In this document: positions 13,198 to 26,200 of the stretch, one piece after another
Position numbering within the stretch: position 1 is the first letter of the stretch
How the letters are laid out: each line of letters opens with the position of its first letter
Origin: Lama glama
Taxonomy: Eukaryota
Assembly (NCBI GenBank): GCA_028534125.1
Contig: CM052816.1
Coordinates: 84,880,001 to 84,944,000, forward strand
Length of the DNA: 64,000 bases
Direction of reading: 5' to 3'
Position numbers and translations under genes: made by a program
The notes under the pieces: model-generated
The model's database searches: none
What the model was told of the DNA's origin: nothing
What the model saw: only the letters and a program-made list of their open reading frames with translations

Positions 13198-15870
13198 CTT
13201 AAGCACTGCTTTACTTTCTGGCATTACAAGATGCACCTGGCTCTTGTATATTTCCTACTCTAGTCCTAGAATCAGCCATTTTTCCAAGGAGCCCTGATTC
13301 CTTTAATTGGAAACTGGGATTAGAAACCAAGATCTGGGTGTTAGTGAGTTCCTTGGCAACAGGTGGTTTTGCTATCAGGCCATCCCAGCTAACAGAGCAA
13401 AGAATACGTATGCATGTATACTAACTTGTATGTATACACATATCTATAAATATTTCAATATATAATCATCTGTAATTATATTAAAGTACATGAGTTTTCA
13501 CTGATGTCTCCAGCTCTAATCCATTACCACATGGATCATGCTGTCCTCCTCCTCATGCTAATCTGTAAATTCTCCCAAACAGTAACAAACCTGACTCCCA
13601 ATATCTGCCATTGGTTTACTTAATGAATTTCAGTATACATGTAGAACAGCATAATTGCTAAACTATACCCTTGGGAGAAACAACTTTATTAACTAGGATG
13701 CAGTGCATATGTGCAATTTCTTTCCATTTAGTCTAAGAGGCTCCACTTATTTCCAATGTTATTTAGGGCAGCACCTTTCTCTCCCCTTCCCTTCACTGAG
13801 GTTGTTTCATACATTTTTAATAAGTCAGGTTCTCTTGTGGCAGTCTGCATTCCTTCTTGGACCCCATGTCTTCAGTCCCCAATTCCTAAATGATTTCTTC
13901 TTTTAATGTGGATAGATTAAGACTCACTCTGTGCTGTAAAGTTGTATGAGTTTTGACAAATGTGTAATGTCACTCAGACATACCATACAGAATTCACTGT
14001 TCAAAAGTTCCCCTTTTCACCTGTTCATCCCTACTATTTTCTTCCCAAACCACTGCAACCACTGATCTTTTCTACGGTTTCTATAGTTCTGCCTATTTCA
14101 GAATGTCACATAGTTTGAATCACTCAGTATGTAGCTTTTTCAGACTGGAGTTTTTTCACTTAGCATCATGCCTTTTAGTTTCCTCATGTTTTTTGAGACT
14201 TGATAGCTCATTTATATTTATCTCAATAATATTATATAGACATACCACAATTTGTTTATCCTTTGACCTACATTTTGTGCTACTCTAAGCCTAATTATAA
14301 CCAATGTTGTAGCTGGATCAGCCCTGTGTTTCTAATTATGACTGCAAAATACTCTCAGCAATAACCATCAGAAAAATCTGGTTAAAAAAAAAAAACAAAG
14401 GTTTATTACTCACAACTCCTGGAAAGTACATGGCACACCTGGGAGCACACATCTAGATCCTGGGGAGGAGGTGATGGGGTGAGAGAGAGAGAGAGAAAGA
14501 TACTGACCTCATGGTCTGAGTTTCCGCTTTTGTTGGGGTCGAGAGTGGGGGCCTAGGATTTTGGGGGCTCACTCTTTATTGGTGAATTTAAAACATAGGA
14601 GCTGGATTTAAAGTGCAAGAAGAGTAAGGCAAATGGCCCAAAAAGCCAATTATCTAAGTAAACCAGGATCTCTAAAACAAGAGAGCCTCAAAGGAGGGGA
14701 GTGGGCATCTAATTTTCTATCTGCTCCTGTGGCTGACAATGTCTTTACCTGAAATAGCCTTCATCTCAGTGGACAATTGGGCAGCTGCATTACAAAAAAA
14801 AAAGAAAAGAAAAAAAATCCAATTGCTATCAGAGTTTAAAGTATAACCTATTGACAGGCATCTTTTTTCCAGTGTTTGGAGATTATGAATAAAGTTTCTA
14901 TAAATATTAATGTGATTTTTTTGTGTGTGTATTATTTTTCAATCGATGAGTTATACACCTAGGAGCATGATTCCTGGACTTATATAGTAGAACTGTTTAG
15001 TTTTGTAAGAAACTTCCAAATAGCCTCCAACGTGGCTGTATTATAATGCATTCCCATCAGCAATGAATGAGAGTTCCTGTTGCTCCACATCCACAGCAGC
15101 AATTTATATTGTCAGTTTTTGGATTTTAGCTGTTCTAGTTTTGCAGTAGCCTCTTGTTTCAATTTCAATTTGCAGTTTCCTAATGGCAATTGACTTTAAG
15201 AGGCTTTTTTTTTTCTTGGTATGCTCATTTACCTCGGTATATCTTTTTTGGTGGGGTGTCATCTTTTCACAGGTTTGGCACATTCTTACCGGGTTGTTTA
15301 TGTTCTTATTATTGAGTTTTAAATGTTCTTTGTATACTTAGTATATAAATTCTTCATCAGATATGTGTCCTGCACACATTTTTTCCTGTTGTTGCCTTGT
15401 CTTTTCATTCTCTTAACAACACTTTCACAGAGTAGACATCTTTAATTTCAGTAAAATCTATCTTAATTTTTTCTTTCATAAAATGTACTTTCCATGTTTA
15501 TATCTAAAACTCATTGCCAAACCTAAGTTTATCAAAATTTTCTCTTGTATTTTCTTCTAGAAACTTTGTAATTTTACATTAGCATCTATGATTCATTTTG
15601 AGTTAATTTTTGTGAAAAGTATAAGGTTTGTATGGAGATTAGTTTAAAACAAATTTTTTTTGTATGTGGATGTCCAGCTATTCCAGCACAATTTGTTGAG
15701 AAAGCTATCCTTTCTCCACTGAATTGCCATTGCCCTTTTAATCAAATATCATTTGACTACACTTGTGTGGATCTCATTTTGAACTTTCTATTCTAGTCAA
15801 TCTGTGTGTTCATTCTTTTACCAAAACCAAGCTGTCTTGATAACTGTAAATTTGTAGTAAGTTTTGAAAT
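13195..15870 (-). mobile_element. Ancient L1 (L1MC/L1MD-type) 3' UTR plus ORF2 3' region, interrupted at 14271-14845
   Basis: ctagaatcagccatttttccaaggagccctgattcc...tagaaaccaagatctgggtg; later tcccatcagcaatgaatgagagttcctgttgctccacatcc and tccagcacaatttgttgagaaagctatcctttctccactgaattgcc (reverse L1 ORF2 end). Confidence 0.85.
14271..14845 (-). mobile_element. Probable solo LTR nested in the L1, flanked by a 5-bp direct repeat ACCTA
   Basis: ACCTA at 14266-14270 and 14846-14850. The L1 sequence is continuous across the insert. ggtttattactcac (reverse of a poly-A signal) and a (GA)n tract are typical of reverse-strand LTRs. The termini are not clean TG/CA. Confidence 0.65.
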
Positions 15871-15874
15871 TATC

Positions 15875-16090
15875 TTGCTTTATTTTTATTTATAACATTT
15901 AGCACCATCTGCCACTTTACTTATTTTATTGTTTGTTTCTCCTCTGTTTTGTTTGTCTGTTGTCCTCTACAAAATACCTTTACCATCTCTGCAGGTATGG
16001 TTACTTTGTTTAATTCATTGCTGTATTGCCAGTGCCTGGAACCATCTTGCATATGGCATGTTTTCATCAATTTTGCTTAGATAGTGAATA
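15875..16090 (+). mobile_element. L2 3' end fragment
   Basis: ttcattgctgtattgccagtgcctggaaccatcttgcatatggcatg. Confidence 0.55.
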
Positions 16091-17899
16091 CACACATGTT
16101 TATAATTCACTTGTACTTCTTTTTAACTACTTATATATAACTTTACTATTATTACCTGTTTTAAGATTATTCTTTATGTATTAATGATATTGACTCATTC
16201 TATATAAAATTTGTTGTTGCTTTTTCTCCTTTTCTCATGTATCTAAGGAGAAGTTCCCACAGATTGTAAGAAGTGCTGAGAATGGAAACTTCCAACTTCT
16301 ATACTAGCTTAATTACTCTTTCCTATGGAAAGCCCTCTCTTCACATGATTTCTTACATATGTTTTCATAGATCCTCTGTTGTGCTTTGTTTATTGCTTTT
16401 TCCTTCAGATGAAGGTGTTATTGCAGGTGCTTATGCTGCTAAGATGGTGGGCATTCCCCTTAGCTTTATTGTAGTCCAATTTTATGCTGCATATTATGTC
16501 ATTTTCCCACACCAATTTGAAAATCGTTTTGTCCAGTTTCCAGTGTGAAGAACACCTCAACTAAAAATGTTTCAAAATTCTACTTGTTCCCTACACCAAT
16601 AATACCTTGTTAGCCAACATTCTTAAGTAAGTTGTGAACATAGTTCTCTCCTATCAGTTCTTCCATCTCAGATACTGACTAAAATGATTCATTTATAAGG
16701 CATATCTTCAAATTAAAATATACACAAAATAATACCCTCAACTTATCCCTTTTTTCTTTGTTTTATTATATTATAGATGGTGCCTTAATTGAACAGATAC
16801 AATAATCTTGGCCAACCACAAAGGAGGCATCTTTATAATAGAGGGTCATATGTAAGTTTGATCCCCCATTCAGAGTTTTTTTTTTAAGATAAATATATTA
16901 ATGTATGTGGAAATGCTTTGTAGATTACAAATCTTAAAATGATAAAATACTAAAATCAATCACATACACTTGTTTTGTATGTATATTTCACCTGAGAAGC
17001 TGCCTGAAAACATGATTGGAACTACTAAAATACTTTATCTGAGTTTAAACTATAGGGATAAGAAATAATGATCTAATTTAATTTTGGATGTGGATTTTAT
17101 ATGCTGAACATACTACTTAATTACAATAATGCACTTTTTCTTGGCTCACAAATAGCCAACAGTCATTTTTCTCAAATGCAATTGAAATATAATTAAGAGA
17201 ACAAGGGAATGATAATAAAACAATTTTCAGTTTTTAAAGATAACAAGATTCAAGTGAATTCCCTGATTACAAAATCAAAATTAAACTAAACTTAAAATAT
17301 TGTACTTCATAACACATCTGATAGTATTTATTTATCAACAAAAAATGTGATTAAAATGCAGAGTATTTAAGGCTGATAGTGGTAATTAAGCATAGAAAAT
17401 TTAGTAATCAGCTTGTTGCTATTGAATGAATAAAGGATATAAAGAATTTTTAATAAACCTTATGGGATAAGAGCTTGCTAACTTTAAAAACAAATGCAAA
17501 ATAATCCTTTTAGAATTTGCACTTTTGTCTAAGAACTGAGGAATGTTCAGTGGTTAAATTGGCCACAGGAGGAGTACATTAATTTCCTCAAAAGTGAAAA
17601 AATTATGCCCAGAATTATGAAGAAAATAAAGAAGATATTTAATAAAAGGGCTGATCAAACACTCTATACCACTTTATGAAGTTCATACTTAATCCCACGT
17701 TACGGAAACTTTTATGAATATTACTCTTACTTTGTTGCAGACTGAATTTCATTTGTTAGGGGAAAAATACCTCCAGAACTCTTTTAAAAGGCACATTTCC
17801 TCCCAGTTAAATTCTTCATATATCTGTATTGGCTTGTTTATGCAATAGAATATTGTCAATCTCATTGATCCCAGTCTCAAATTAGGGATTATTCATTTT

Positions 17900-18330
17900 A
17901 GGCATGAATCAACTAAACAATTAATTTTACAAATACATATTAAGTACCTACTGCATGTCAATAACTGTTTCATGAGGGCACATTGATTTACAAAATATCT
18001 CACCACCATACAAGTTACATTATAACTAAAGGAAGTAGTCATTAAACATATAATCCACTAAATAGAAAATATAATTAAAATCATTGTAAATTATTTGACG
18101 GAAATAAGTGTATGGTAGGAATCAGTAGAGACTGAATTTGGGTAAGCTGTTCTTGAAAAGGTTGTTGTAAAAGACTTTGCAAGAAAGCAGAATATAATAT
18201 AGACACAGAAAATAATGAGAAGTTGGCTATGTATGACCGAGGTAAGACTGTTCAAAGTCAGAGTGTGAGTAAGGCAAAGAGTTTGAATTGGGCAAGCACT
18301 TAAAGCACATGAAGGAGGCTTCCAGGTGGG
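17900..18330 (-). mobile_element. L2 3' region
   Basis: acaaatacatattaagtacctactgcatgtcaataactgtt... followed by a purine-rich L2-like tract. Confidence 0.55.
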
Positions 18331-18349
18331 CACATATGGAGCAATATTA

Positions 18350-18860
18350 CTTAACACCAGGATAATTAAGATCAGGAGCATTGACATCAGTTTGACGGAA
18401 TTCAAATCCTAGATGCCTTCTATCTCTTCCACAGGTGCCTAACACCCTGTCGTATTAGCAAGTTACTTCAACAAACAAAGGCTCAGTTTATCCCTCTTAC
18501 TAATACAGTCAATGTAATATTGTTGCAAGGAGAGTTAAAGAAACAGTATTTGAAAAAAGACAGCACATTGCTATAACATGGAAGGCAAGTTAGAACAAAT
18601 GTTGGTTTCCAGCATCACAGATGTTAGTAGTCTATTTCTAGAGCAGTAGAGCCCAAGTGTAAGGGAGTTCCTGGATTTAATTTTCCACCATTCTGCTGCT
18701 ACTTATATGAACTTGCACAGTCATTTACCTTCTCTGTTCCTTAGTTTCCTTATAATAATATGAGGGATTATAGAAGAATCTACTTTAAAGGATGTCATAA
18801 ATATATAGATTCAATTCTATAAAAGCAGTAGAAAAGTGAATCAATTTGCATCCTATTATT
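18350..18860 (+). mobile_element. Two degenerate MIR copies
   Basis: ggagcattgacatcag...ggaattcaaatcctag...agcaagttacttca; and cctggatttaattttccacc...aacttgcacagtcatttaccttctctgttccttagtttccttat. Confidence 0.55.
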
Positions 18861-19104
18861 AAGTATGCTGAAATGTTATTAGTAGCAGTATAAAATGACT
18901 TTTTAATTTTGATCAAGAATAAGAAGAAAATGATTATTTTTCTAATAGATGGTCTCTTCCCCGATATAAATGACACTCAAAAAATGGCTTAATAATCTAC
19001 CCAGTTCACAAACTAATAACCTAGGAGTTATATTTTATTTCTTCTTTTTAATCTTTTATAACCAGTACCCAAGAAAGTAGTATTTACTCTCCTGAATATG
19101 TGAA

Positions 19105-19598
19105 TATGTGGGTCTTATTCAGGTCTTAGGTCTGATTTCTCAGAAACAAAGCCTGAGGCAAGGATTTGGGTGCAAGTGATTGGTTTTAACAGGTTGCTTC
19201 CAGGTCAGGAAGTGGAGAAGAGTGTGGGAAAGTAGGACAGGAAGAAGAATCCAACAGAATATATATATGATTTCAGTCAAAGTCCCAGCCTCAGCACGGT
19301 TCTTTAAGGGAGCTCTGGGATGTAAATATTGTGTCGGTTTTAATACTTCTGCACCTGTTAGACACTGGCTCAGGGATTCTGTGGTAGATAACTGTAAACT
19401 TGCAGGCACTTTAGGCTCCCTGTGCCTGTGGGCAAAGTGGCTCCAGTAGCCAAGGGAAGTCCTCCAAAGAGAGTTGCAGGTGCAGGCCATTAGCAGCAAA
19501 AGCACAGAAAAGTACTAGTGCATGTATGTGTGTTTGTGTGTGGGGGGGCATATTAAAGAATCCAAGGAAATTTGAGTAGAGTATTAGGGTCCACTTCA
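19105..19598 (-). mobile_element. ERVL-type solo LTR (LTR33/LTR16-like)
   Basis: tcttaggtctgatttctcagaaacaaagcctgaggcaaggatttgggtgcaagtgatt...gggcaaagtggctccagtagccaaggg...gcaggtgcaggccattagcagcaaaagcacag. Confidence 0.75.
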
Positions 19599-19599
19599 A

Positions 19600-19860
19600 A
19601 GCACTTCTCTATAAGCCAACATCATCTCTTTCTGGACTAGAATGATAGACTTTTAATGGATCTCCCTCTTAACCAAATCCTTTCTTACCCTATAATCTGT
19701 CTTCCACTCTGCAGCCAGATTGATCTTCTCTAAACATGGCATGATAAAGTCTTCCAACTGCTTTCCATTGCTCTGAAAATGAAAGCAAATTTCTTACGAT
19801 AGCTTATAGATGCCTATGGGATCCTGGCCTCTGTCAAGTCTCTGGCTCCATCTAATATAA
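19600..19860 (+). mobile_element. L2 fragment
   Basis: ctggactagaatgatagacttttaatggatctccct...cttccactctgcagccagattgatcttctctaaac...ctttccattgctctgaaaatgaaagcaaatttc. Confidence 0.65.
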
Positions 19861-20304
19861 CAGGACTTTTCTGCTTAAAGGCTTACATTCTACCCAAAGT
19901 GGGCATTGCAGAACAGATGGCAGGAAATGAGGAATGCTCTCCATTTTCTCTTGCAAGGGTGATCAGCAAGGATGATGGCCAAAAAAATCTCCCAGCGGAA
20001 AGAAACCAGGGTAACAAGTGTGGTCAACGAAGGAATTTGTTGTATTTTATTGAAGTGAGTTCACAGCTGTTCTTGAAATCCTCTGGCTGCTCATTTACTA
20101 TTGCACCGCCAATTATAAACAAAATGTGGGGTCTTTTCAGAACTAATGTCCACTAGATGGTACCTTTCCATTACATCTTTTCTAAAATATTATTTGAAAT
20201 TGTAGTTTTCTGACACTTGTTTCAGAATTTTACATTGTTTTGGTTAAATTTACCAATTTCCTATAGTTTACAGTCTTAGTAATAGACACATAAAGTCCTG
20301 ATAG

Positions 20305-20726
20305 TGTTGATGGGAACAATTAATAAATCTATAATGAGAATAAAAAGAGTTTTGAGCCAAACTGAGGAGTATAGCCTGGGAGACACAGTTTAAAGAAGCA
20401 CTTGTACTGTCTTCCACTGGAATACAAAATGGGGGAGGCTTATAAAAGCAAAATCCTTTATATGTTAGAAAATTACATAAGATGTTTGTCAGGAATTAGG
20501 ATTGGAGCTGGCAAGAAGAAAGGATGCTTGTTAAGCAAGGACTGGTTGGGGTCTGAAATGGTTGCACGGTTACAGGCTGCTACAGCTGTTAGCAGATACT
20601 GTTTTGAGGGAAGCTGGTGGTATCCTGGAGTCTGATACAGTTCAGGAAATTCAAGTCCATGCAGGAACGTGCCTGAAACTATGTCCACAGTGGCCACTCA
20701 GTTTCATTTTGGATGCCTGTACCACA
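20305..20726 (-). mobile_element. ERV1-like LTR (3' LTR) with adjacent polypurine tract
   Basis: Starts TGTTGA (20305) and ends ACCACA (20726). Contains ttttgagccaaactgaggagtatagcctgggagacacag. It is followed immediately by gtttccccattttg, which reads caaaatggggaaac on the minus strand just 5' of the LTR TG, i.e. PPT-like. Confidence 0.65.
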
Positions 20727-21066
20727 GTTTCCCCATTTTGATTTTTAAATGTATTCTTTCCTTAAATGGTTAAAGCAGATGTACAATGCATGTTAAATAG
20801 TCCAAGGACAGTGAGCATAAAGTTCAAGTTAAGTTATATTTACACCAGAATGACTTATCCAATATGTGAAAATTTCTTCTACCAAGAATAATTACCATCA
20901 CCCAATACTTCAGAGTGAAAAATTAACATAACTCTGATTTCTCTCATTCTGGAGGTATGTGTAGATTCGTGGCCATATAATGTGTATTTTGTTAAGTAAG
21001 AACATTTTAACAAATAATAGGTATGGAAATTAGGGTACATATAGCTGGACAAGCCAATAGCTTTAG

Positions 21067-21146
21067 ACCATAGCAAACACTGATACTATTATCTGCCAAT
21101 CACCATTCTCACCATAGCAAACACTGATACTGATACCTGCCAATCA
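21067..21146. repeat. Tandem duplication, 44-bp period
   Basis: accatagcaaacactgatactattatctgccaatca (21067-21102) and accatagcaaacactgatactgatacctgccaatca (21111-21146). Confidence 0.9.
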
Positions 21147-21299
21147 GCCAGATACACACACATACACGGCTGTGGTGGGAACATCCACAGTCGAGGCTGC
21201 AGCTGAGGCTGAGACTGAGGCTGAGAACATGAACATACTGAGAATTTGTATGCAAGCACTACACTAACTTCTTTACATGTATTATCTTATGCAAAAAAT

Positions 21300-21430
21300 A
21301 TTGTTTAAAGCTGTGGGTCTAAAATCTAGTTCCCATACTTAACTATCTGGATGGTTTTGTCAAATTACTTAAATTCTTCACACCTCAGTCTTCTCATAGG
21401 TATGTGCTGTTGTGAAAATAATTCCTTGTA
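21300..21430 (+). mobile_element. MIR fragment
   Basis: gggtctaaaatctagttcccatacttaactatctggatggttttgtcaaattacttaaattcttcacacctcagtcttctcat. Confidence 0.55.
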
Positions 21431-22625
21431 TTACAAATATCTATGACTTTGTGATAAAAGTTCAAAATAATATTAATAGCAATACGTTGTGGGTCAGCTA
21501 CTAATTATTCTCCTTTGATAGCAATTGTTGAGACCTAGTGATGTGGGTAAATATCCAAGTCTCACAGAAAACAAGCGATAAAGCCATGCCAGAGGCTTAT
21601 ATTTGAACTTTATGCCTTCATACAGCAACTGAATCCATAGATGTGTATGGTCCAGCACTGGGCATCTGGTCCAAGTCAGGTAAATTTGAGTCCATTTCCA
21701 AGATTTTTTTAAACTTAAAATAGAAAAGACTATCAGGTGCTTTCTGAATTGGAAGATGTTAAATCTGAACTTCATATATTCTTATATTTTAACAGATTGA
21801 GAAGGATTAGGTCAAAGCCAAAGAGATAGACAGAGAAAGAAGGAGAAAGAGAGAGAGAAATTACTCAAGTATCCTAGACTTTAATTCTAGTTTTCATGAA
21901 CAGGAAATGCCCACTTACTTCTTTATTGCTTTCATTCTTTCCTTTCTACACTTAATTTGATTTTATAATCCAATTATTTCTTTTATTTTTGCCTACACCA
22001 CTTTGAGATGGGTTTCTTTTGCTTCCCAAATCATTATCATCAGCAGTCATGCCTCTAGATCAAATGCCTTGCAAATTAAACCAATTTACTACTAAATAAA
22101 ATTAATTTTGAAATATCAGATTAACTATCATTTTTACTTAGAGGAGAATCAATTTACTATGTCAACAGAGAAACATTGTTTATTTCAAAATTCTGGATCT
22201 AATTATCCCATAGGTAAAAACCCATATTTGATTTTGCAATACCAATTTTGTGTGCTCTGTTTTATTTTATAATTTTATAAAATAAATACCTGTTCTTATT
22301 TTTAATTATCAGGTAAAATGTTTTTGAACATGAGGAGAGCATGTTTTCCTGTCTCAGATAAATTTGACTGACAACTGACTGTTAGGTAAAAAAGTTATTG
22401 ATTGGAAAGGATCAAATGGAACAGTGCTAGGCACTGCAGATACAATCTAAAGTATATTTGGTATCATGTAATTTGCCTCAAGGCAACGTCTCAACATATT
22501 AACAGAAGAATAAGGAGGAGGAGGGGCAAATAGAGGATGAGGAAGATAATTAGCTTATAGAAGTCAGATTGTGGGTAGAAAATAGTGTTCTTTAAAGTAT
22601 ATAGGCTCACATATATGTACATATT

Positions 22626-22676
22626 AATAAATACTCTTTTATTATTAGGAATAAATACTCTTTATTATTATTATTA
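22626..22676. repeat. Short tandem duplication, ~24-bp period
   Basis: aataaatactcttttattatta-gg-aataaatactctttattatta. Confidence 0.85.
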
Positions 22677-23005
22677 TGAGCTTTGATATATTATAGAACT
22701 TACTTTTTTTCAAAATTCTTAATATTTTAAATTACAAATAAATTCACATTTATGTGCTGTAATACAGTGATAATGAGGTCAGCTGTTAACTTCCTGTTTA
22801 ATTTATTTGTGTTATATATGTTTTCCCTAATTATCTGTATAATATGTGAGTTTTTAGTGATAGTTCACTGATGTAACATAGAAAAATAATGTATAATATA
22901 TTATTTATGACACTTAAATAACATTCAGGGAAATGTTTACAGTATACAGGTTATGGGAAAATGAAACACAACCTAATTAGCCATTTTTCTCCTTCTACTT
23001 CTCAG

Positions 23006-23050
23006 GGGAAACAGCACATTGAATTTGATACCCTGCTGAAGCCGCAGATA
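23006..23050 (+). other. CDH9: 5' UTR part of the first coding exon, after a strong 3' splice site
   Basis: Polypyrimidine tract ccatttttctccttctacttctcAG (AG 23004-23005) with a branch-point-like cctaat just upstream. This implies a non-coding first exon upstream of the window. Confidence 0.85.
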
Positions 23051-23278
23051 ATGAGGACTTACCATTTCCTACCACTACTCATCTGGACCTCTGTGTTTCA
23101 TACAATTGATGCTATCCCATTACAAGAAAATGCCAACAGCGATTTTCCAAGTGAAAAGATCATGGGTCTGACACAAGATGATGGTAAAGTGCTGCATCGC
23201 ACCAAGCGTGGCTGGATGTGGAATCAGTTCTTCTTGTTGGAAGAATACACAGGTACAGACACACAATATGTAGGCAAG
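23051..23278 (+). CDS. CDH9: Cadherin-9 first coding exon (signal peptide, propeptide, start of EC1); 76 codons
   Basis: Translates [76 protein letters not shown]. It has a hydrophobic N-terminus, a furin-type RTKR site and the type II cadherin G-W-x-W-N-Q-F-F mature N-terminus (G codon at 23210). The ATG has A at -3. The exon ends at donor AAG|GTAAGA (GT 23279-80), phase 0. The MRTYH start and [10 protein letters not shown] match CDH9 as I recall it. Confidence 0.95.
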
Positions 23279-26200
23279 GTAAGAATTTTTATATGATCAA
23301 TCTAGCAGCTGAAAGTGATAGTAATTTTTACAGCAACTTTCCACGTCACTAATGATTATTTTATAATACTTGACTAATTATGATGTGCAGAAGGCATGAT
23401 GTTGCAAATTCTTTTCATAGGGTAGAGTGGGGGATGTGAGTATTCAGGTAGCTAGATTAGGTCTGTATCCATAGTAAGCCTCAAAATAAAATTACTTATT
23501 TGTGGAGTTATTTCATTATTAATCAGGTAGATATGATTTAATTTTATGTGTGTGCATCTAAAAGATTAAACAAACTTTCTTTATTTAATTCAAAAATAGG
23601 TAGATAATAACATATGAGGCAAAACAAAATGCAATTGTAATGTACTCAAAATTCCTAAAATATACTGGTCTTTGCTGATGCATAATTTATCATAATTAAA
23701 ATAGTATGCTATGTATCAGAAATAAATCTGAATACTTCTAGATGCCCCTGTTTCTTATCACCAAAGTGAACTGTTTCCTGCCTGTAATGCTGACCAAAGG
23801 GTTTAAGGCAGAAGGAAGAAGAAAAGAAAAACAGAAGTAGAAAGAAAATGCTACCCTTAGAAAGATTTAATTCCATTTTAGTAGCAGCAAGTGAAAAATT
23901 GCTCATTAGCATTTAGGAGCAAATGGCAACAAGGAATATGTAACTTCCTTGGTGTATCCAAGTTTGAGGAAAGAGACTCATTACCTCTCTCCTCTTTCTT
24001 CTGTGTCTTGAAATAGGTGATGTGATCTTTCTGACATCAGAATTTTCTCTTTATCTATCTTCCCCTTACCAATCTCATTCATACTATACTATACATATGA
24101 CAATTCCTGTTCACTGTTCACTGTGAATTATCCCCAATTTACACCTACTGCTGAGACACTTTTAAATTCTGAGCATAAAACAAAATAAACCACTATAAAA
24201 ACTAACATTGCCCATGGATCATATATTTATTAATTATTCTTGGCACAAGACACTAGAAGTGACTCTAATGGTACAAATATTTTTTGACTCAGTGGCAACA
24301 TCAGACAAATAAGAGAATTAGCCAAAAATGAGAACATGAAAAGTAGCCAGTAGCACAAAAGTCATGCTTATTGTTGCTAAATCGGAAATGTGTTTGTCTG
24401 TGAAACTGCTGAAATCTTGATCTAATTTTTCATTTTCTCTGTTTGACAGTGTACTTTTGTCAAATGCCACTTTCTTTATTGGAAGCATATTATTTCCTAT
24501 TCTTTTAATATCTCTCTTTTCTGGTTCCATAGGTCATGTTCATTTTGCCCCACACAGTTCACTTGCTGATGCTTTTTTCCTCTCTTATTTCTCCTCAAGT
24601 TAGTCATATGAACCCCTCCAGTACCCCTCATTTAACATCACTTTTTCACACTATAGGTTTTCACACTGTAGTTAATAACTAACATCAGGATATTTCAAGT
24701 TCAACTGACAAATGTTTGTGTCTCAGGGCTTGAAATTGCCTTATGATTCTTTCTCTAAGGCAGTGTATAAAGGACACATTCAGTTCATGGGGCCTTGCAC
24801 AAAGAGTTTTATCCTTGGAGAGTCAAAGATACAGAAGAATAGACACAGATAAAAAGAGATACTCTGAATCTTAAGACAATCAAGGCTCCACTACAAGCAT
24901 TTATTTTTACCTGTAAACAAAAATGCTTTCTTTAAAAGTGGACTGCACATTGATTAATTGACCACCATTACTGCACTGACATTTAAAAATGTACATTGTG
25001 CTTTTAGATCTTGCTTATATTTAATTAGTTATGTAATCTGTCAAAAATAGTTACTAAAAGTGTGTGCCTAGCTCTGTTAAATTATTTTTCACAAAGCATT
25101 TTATCAGTTGTCTTGGGAAAATAACCTCTTTTCACCATGGACAAGTTAATATGCTCAATTTTTTGTACTTATTTATACTTGACAACCAGATCATGAGCCC
25201 AAAATAGAAAACCCTTTATAATAATCAGAATATTTTTCAAATGAAGATAATCAAACCAAAACTATGTGTCAACTATTTTTATATTATCCATGGAAAACAA
25301 TACTCCTATGAAAGAGAATCTTAAAAAATAAAACATCTATAATACTTTTGGAAAAAAAATTCTGTTTTATAATAGGGCCTTGTCTTAGATATGCCATGCA
25401 CCACATATTTAGTTCATTATAAAAGTGGGATTCCAACTACTCTTAGCATTTATTAAACTCTTAAAAGTCTGTAAATTCTCTCCTCACCTGCTCTCCTGGC
25501 TTTTGACTGTATTATTATTTATTTGCATACACAGAGACGGGGTAGGCCCCCACCCCTGAACGTGGTCAAACACATGAGGTCTGATGACAACTTAATTTCT
25601 TGAACACCATACAGACTGTCTTTTTGACCACCTTCTGGTTGCCCTGGGTAAACTCAAACTGAGTCTTCTCGGATCCACTGCATTGGCAATATCCCATGTG
25701 AAATAAAGTCATATTATTTACTGTGCACCAAGATTGGGAAAGAATAAGAGCTTCTAATGGGAAGAGATTTTCATGGTTTTTAAAATTATTTTTCAGAAGC
25801 TAGGTATCACAGAAAATGATAAGACCTATACTAATTTATAGGTGATACAAAATTGTATAAAGTTGGAAGGACTTTTACTCCTTGGATATAAGTCTAGGAT
25901 TTGATCCTGAATTTAGAGGAAGTAGTTTTAGAACAAATAAAGTAGCAGCAGCAAAATTTAATAAATATTCATGTGCACACATACACAGACATGCAACTTA
26001 CAAGGTTCAGTCCTGACTGTGCCACTCAAACTGTGCAGAATTTGTAAGTCAATTATACTTTCCAAAACCTCAGATTCTTGTTACATTAAATTAAGTTGTT
26101 ACTAAAATTTCTTTAACTCCAAATTTCTGATATTTTCTAGCATTGTGAACGGAGCTTTGTCTGTAGACAGGAAGAGCCAGTAAAAAAGTTGTAAAAAAAC

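Noticed and set aside
21067..21146. 36-bp direct repeats as a possible CRISPR-like array
   Set aside because: Only two copies with an 8-bp spacer, in mammalian intronic DNA with no cas genes. It is an ordinary tandem duplication.
1..23005. CDH9 promoter, CpG island or first exon; tRNA, snoRNA or miRNA genes
   Set aside because: No CpG island or convincing first exon was seen, and no RNA-gene signature could be supported by eye anywhere in the window.
22961..23050. 30-codon in-frame N-terminal extension (MKHNLISH...) and the VRIFI* tail of ORF 22961-23296
   Set aside because: The ATG at 22961 lies upstream of the strong acceptor at 23005, and the tail lies beyond the donor at 23279. Both are intronic read-through. 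The signal peptide starts at 23051.
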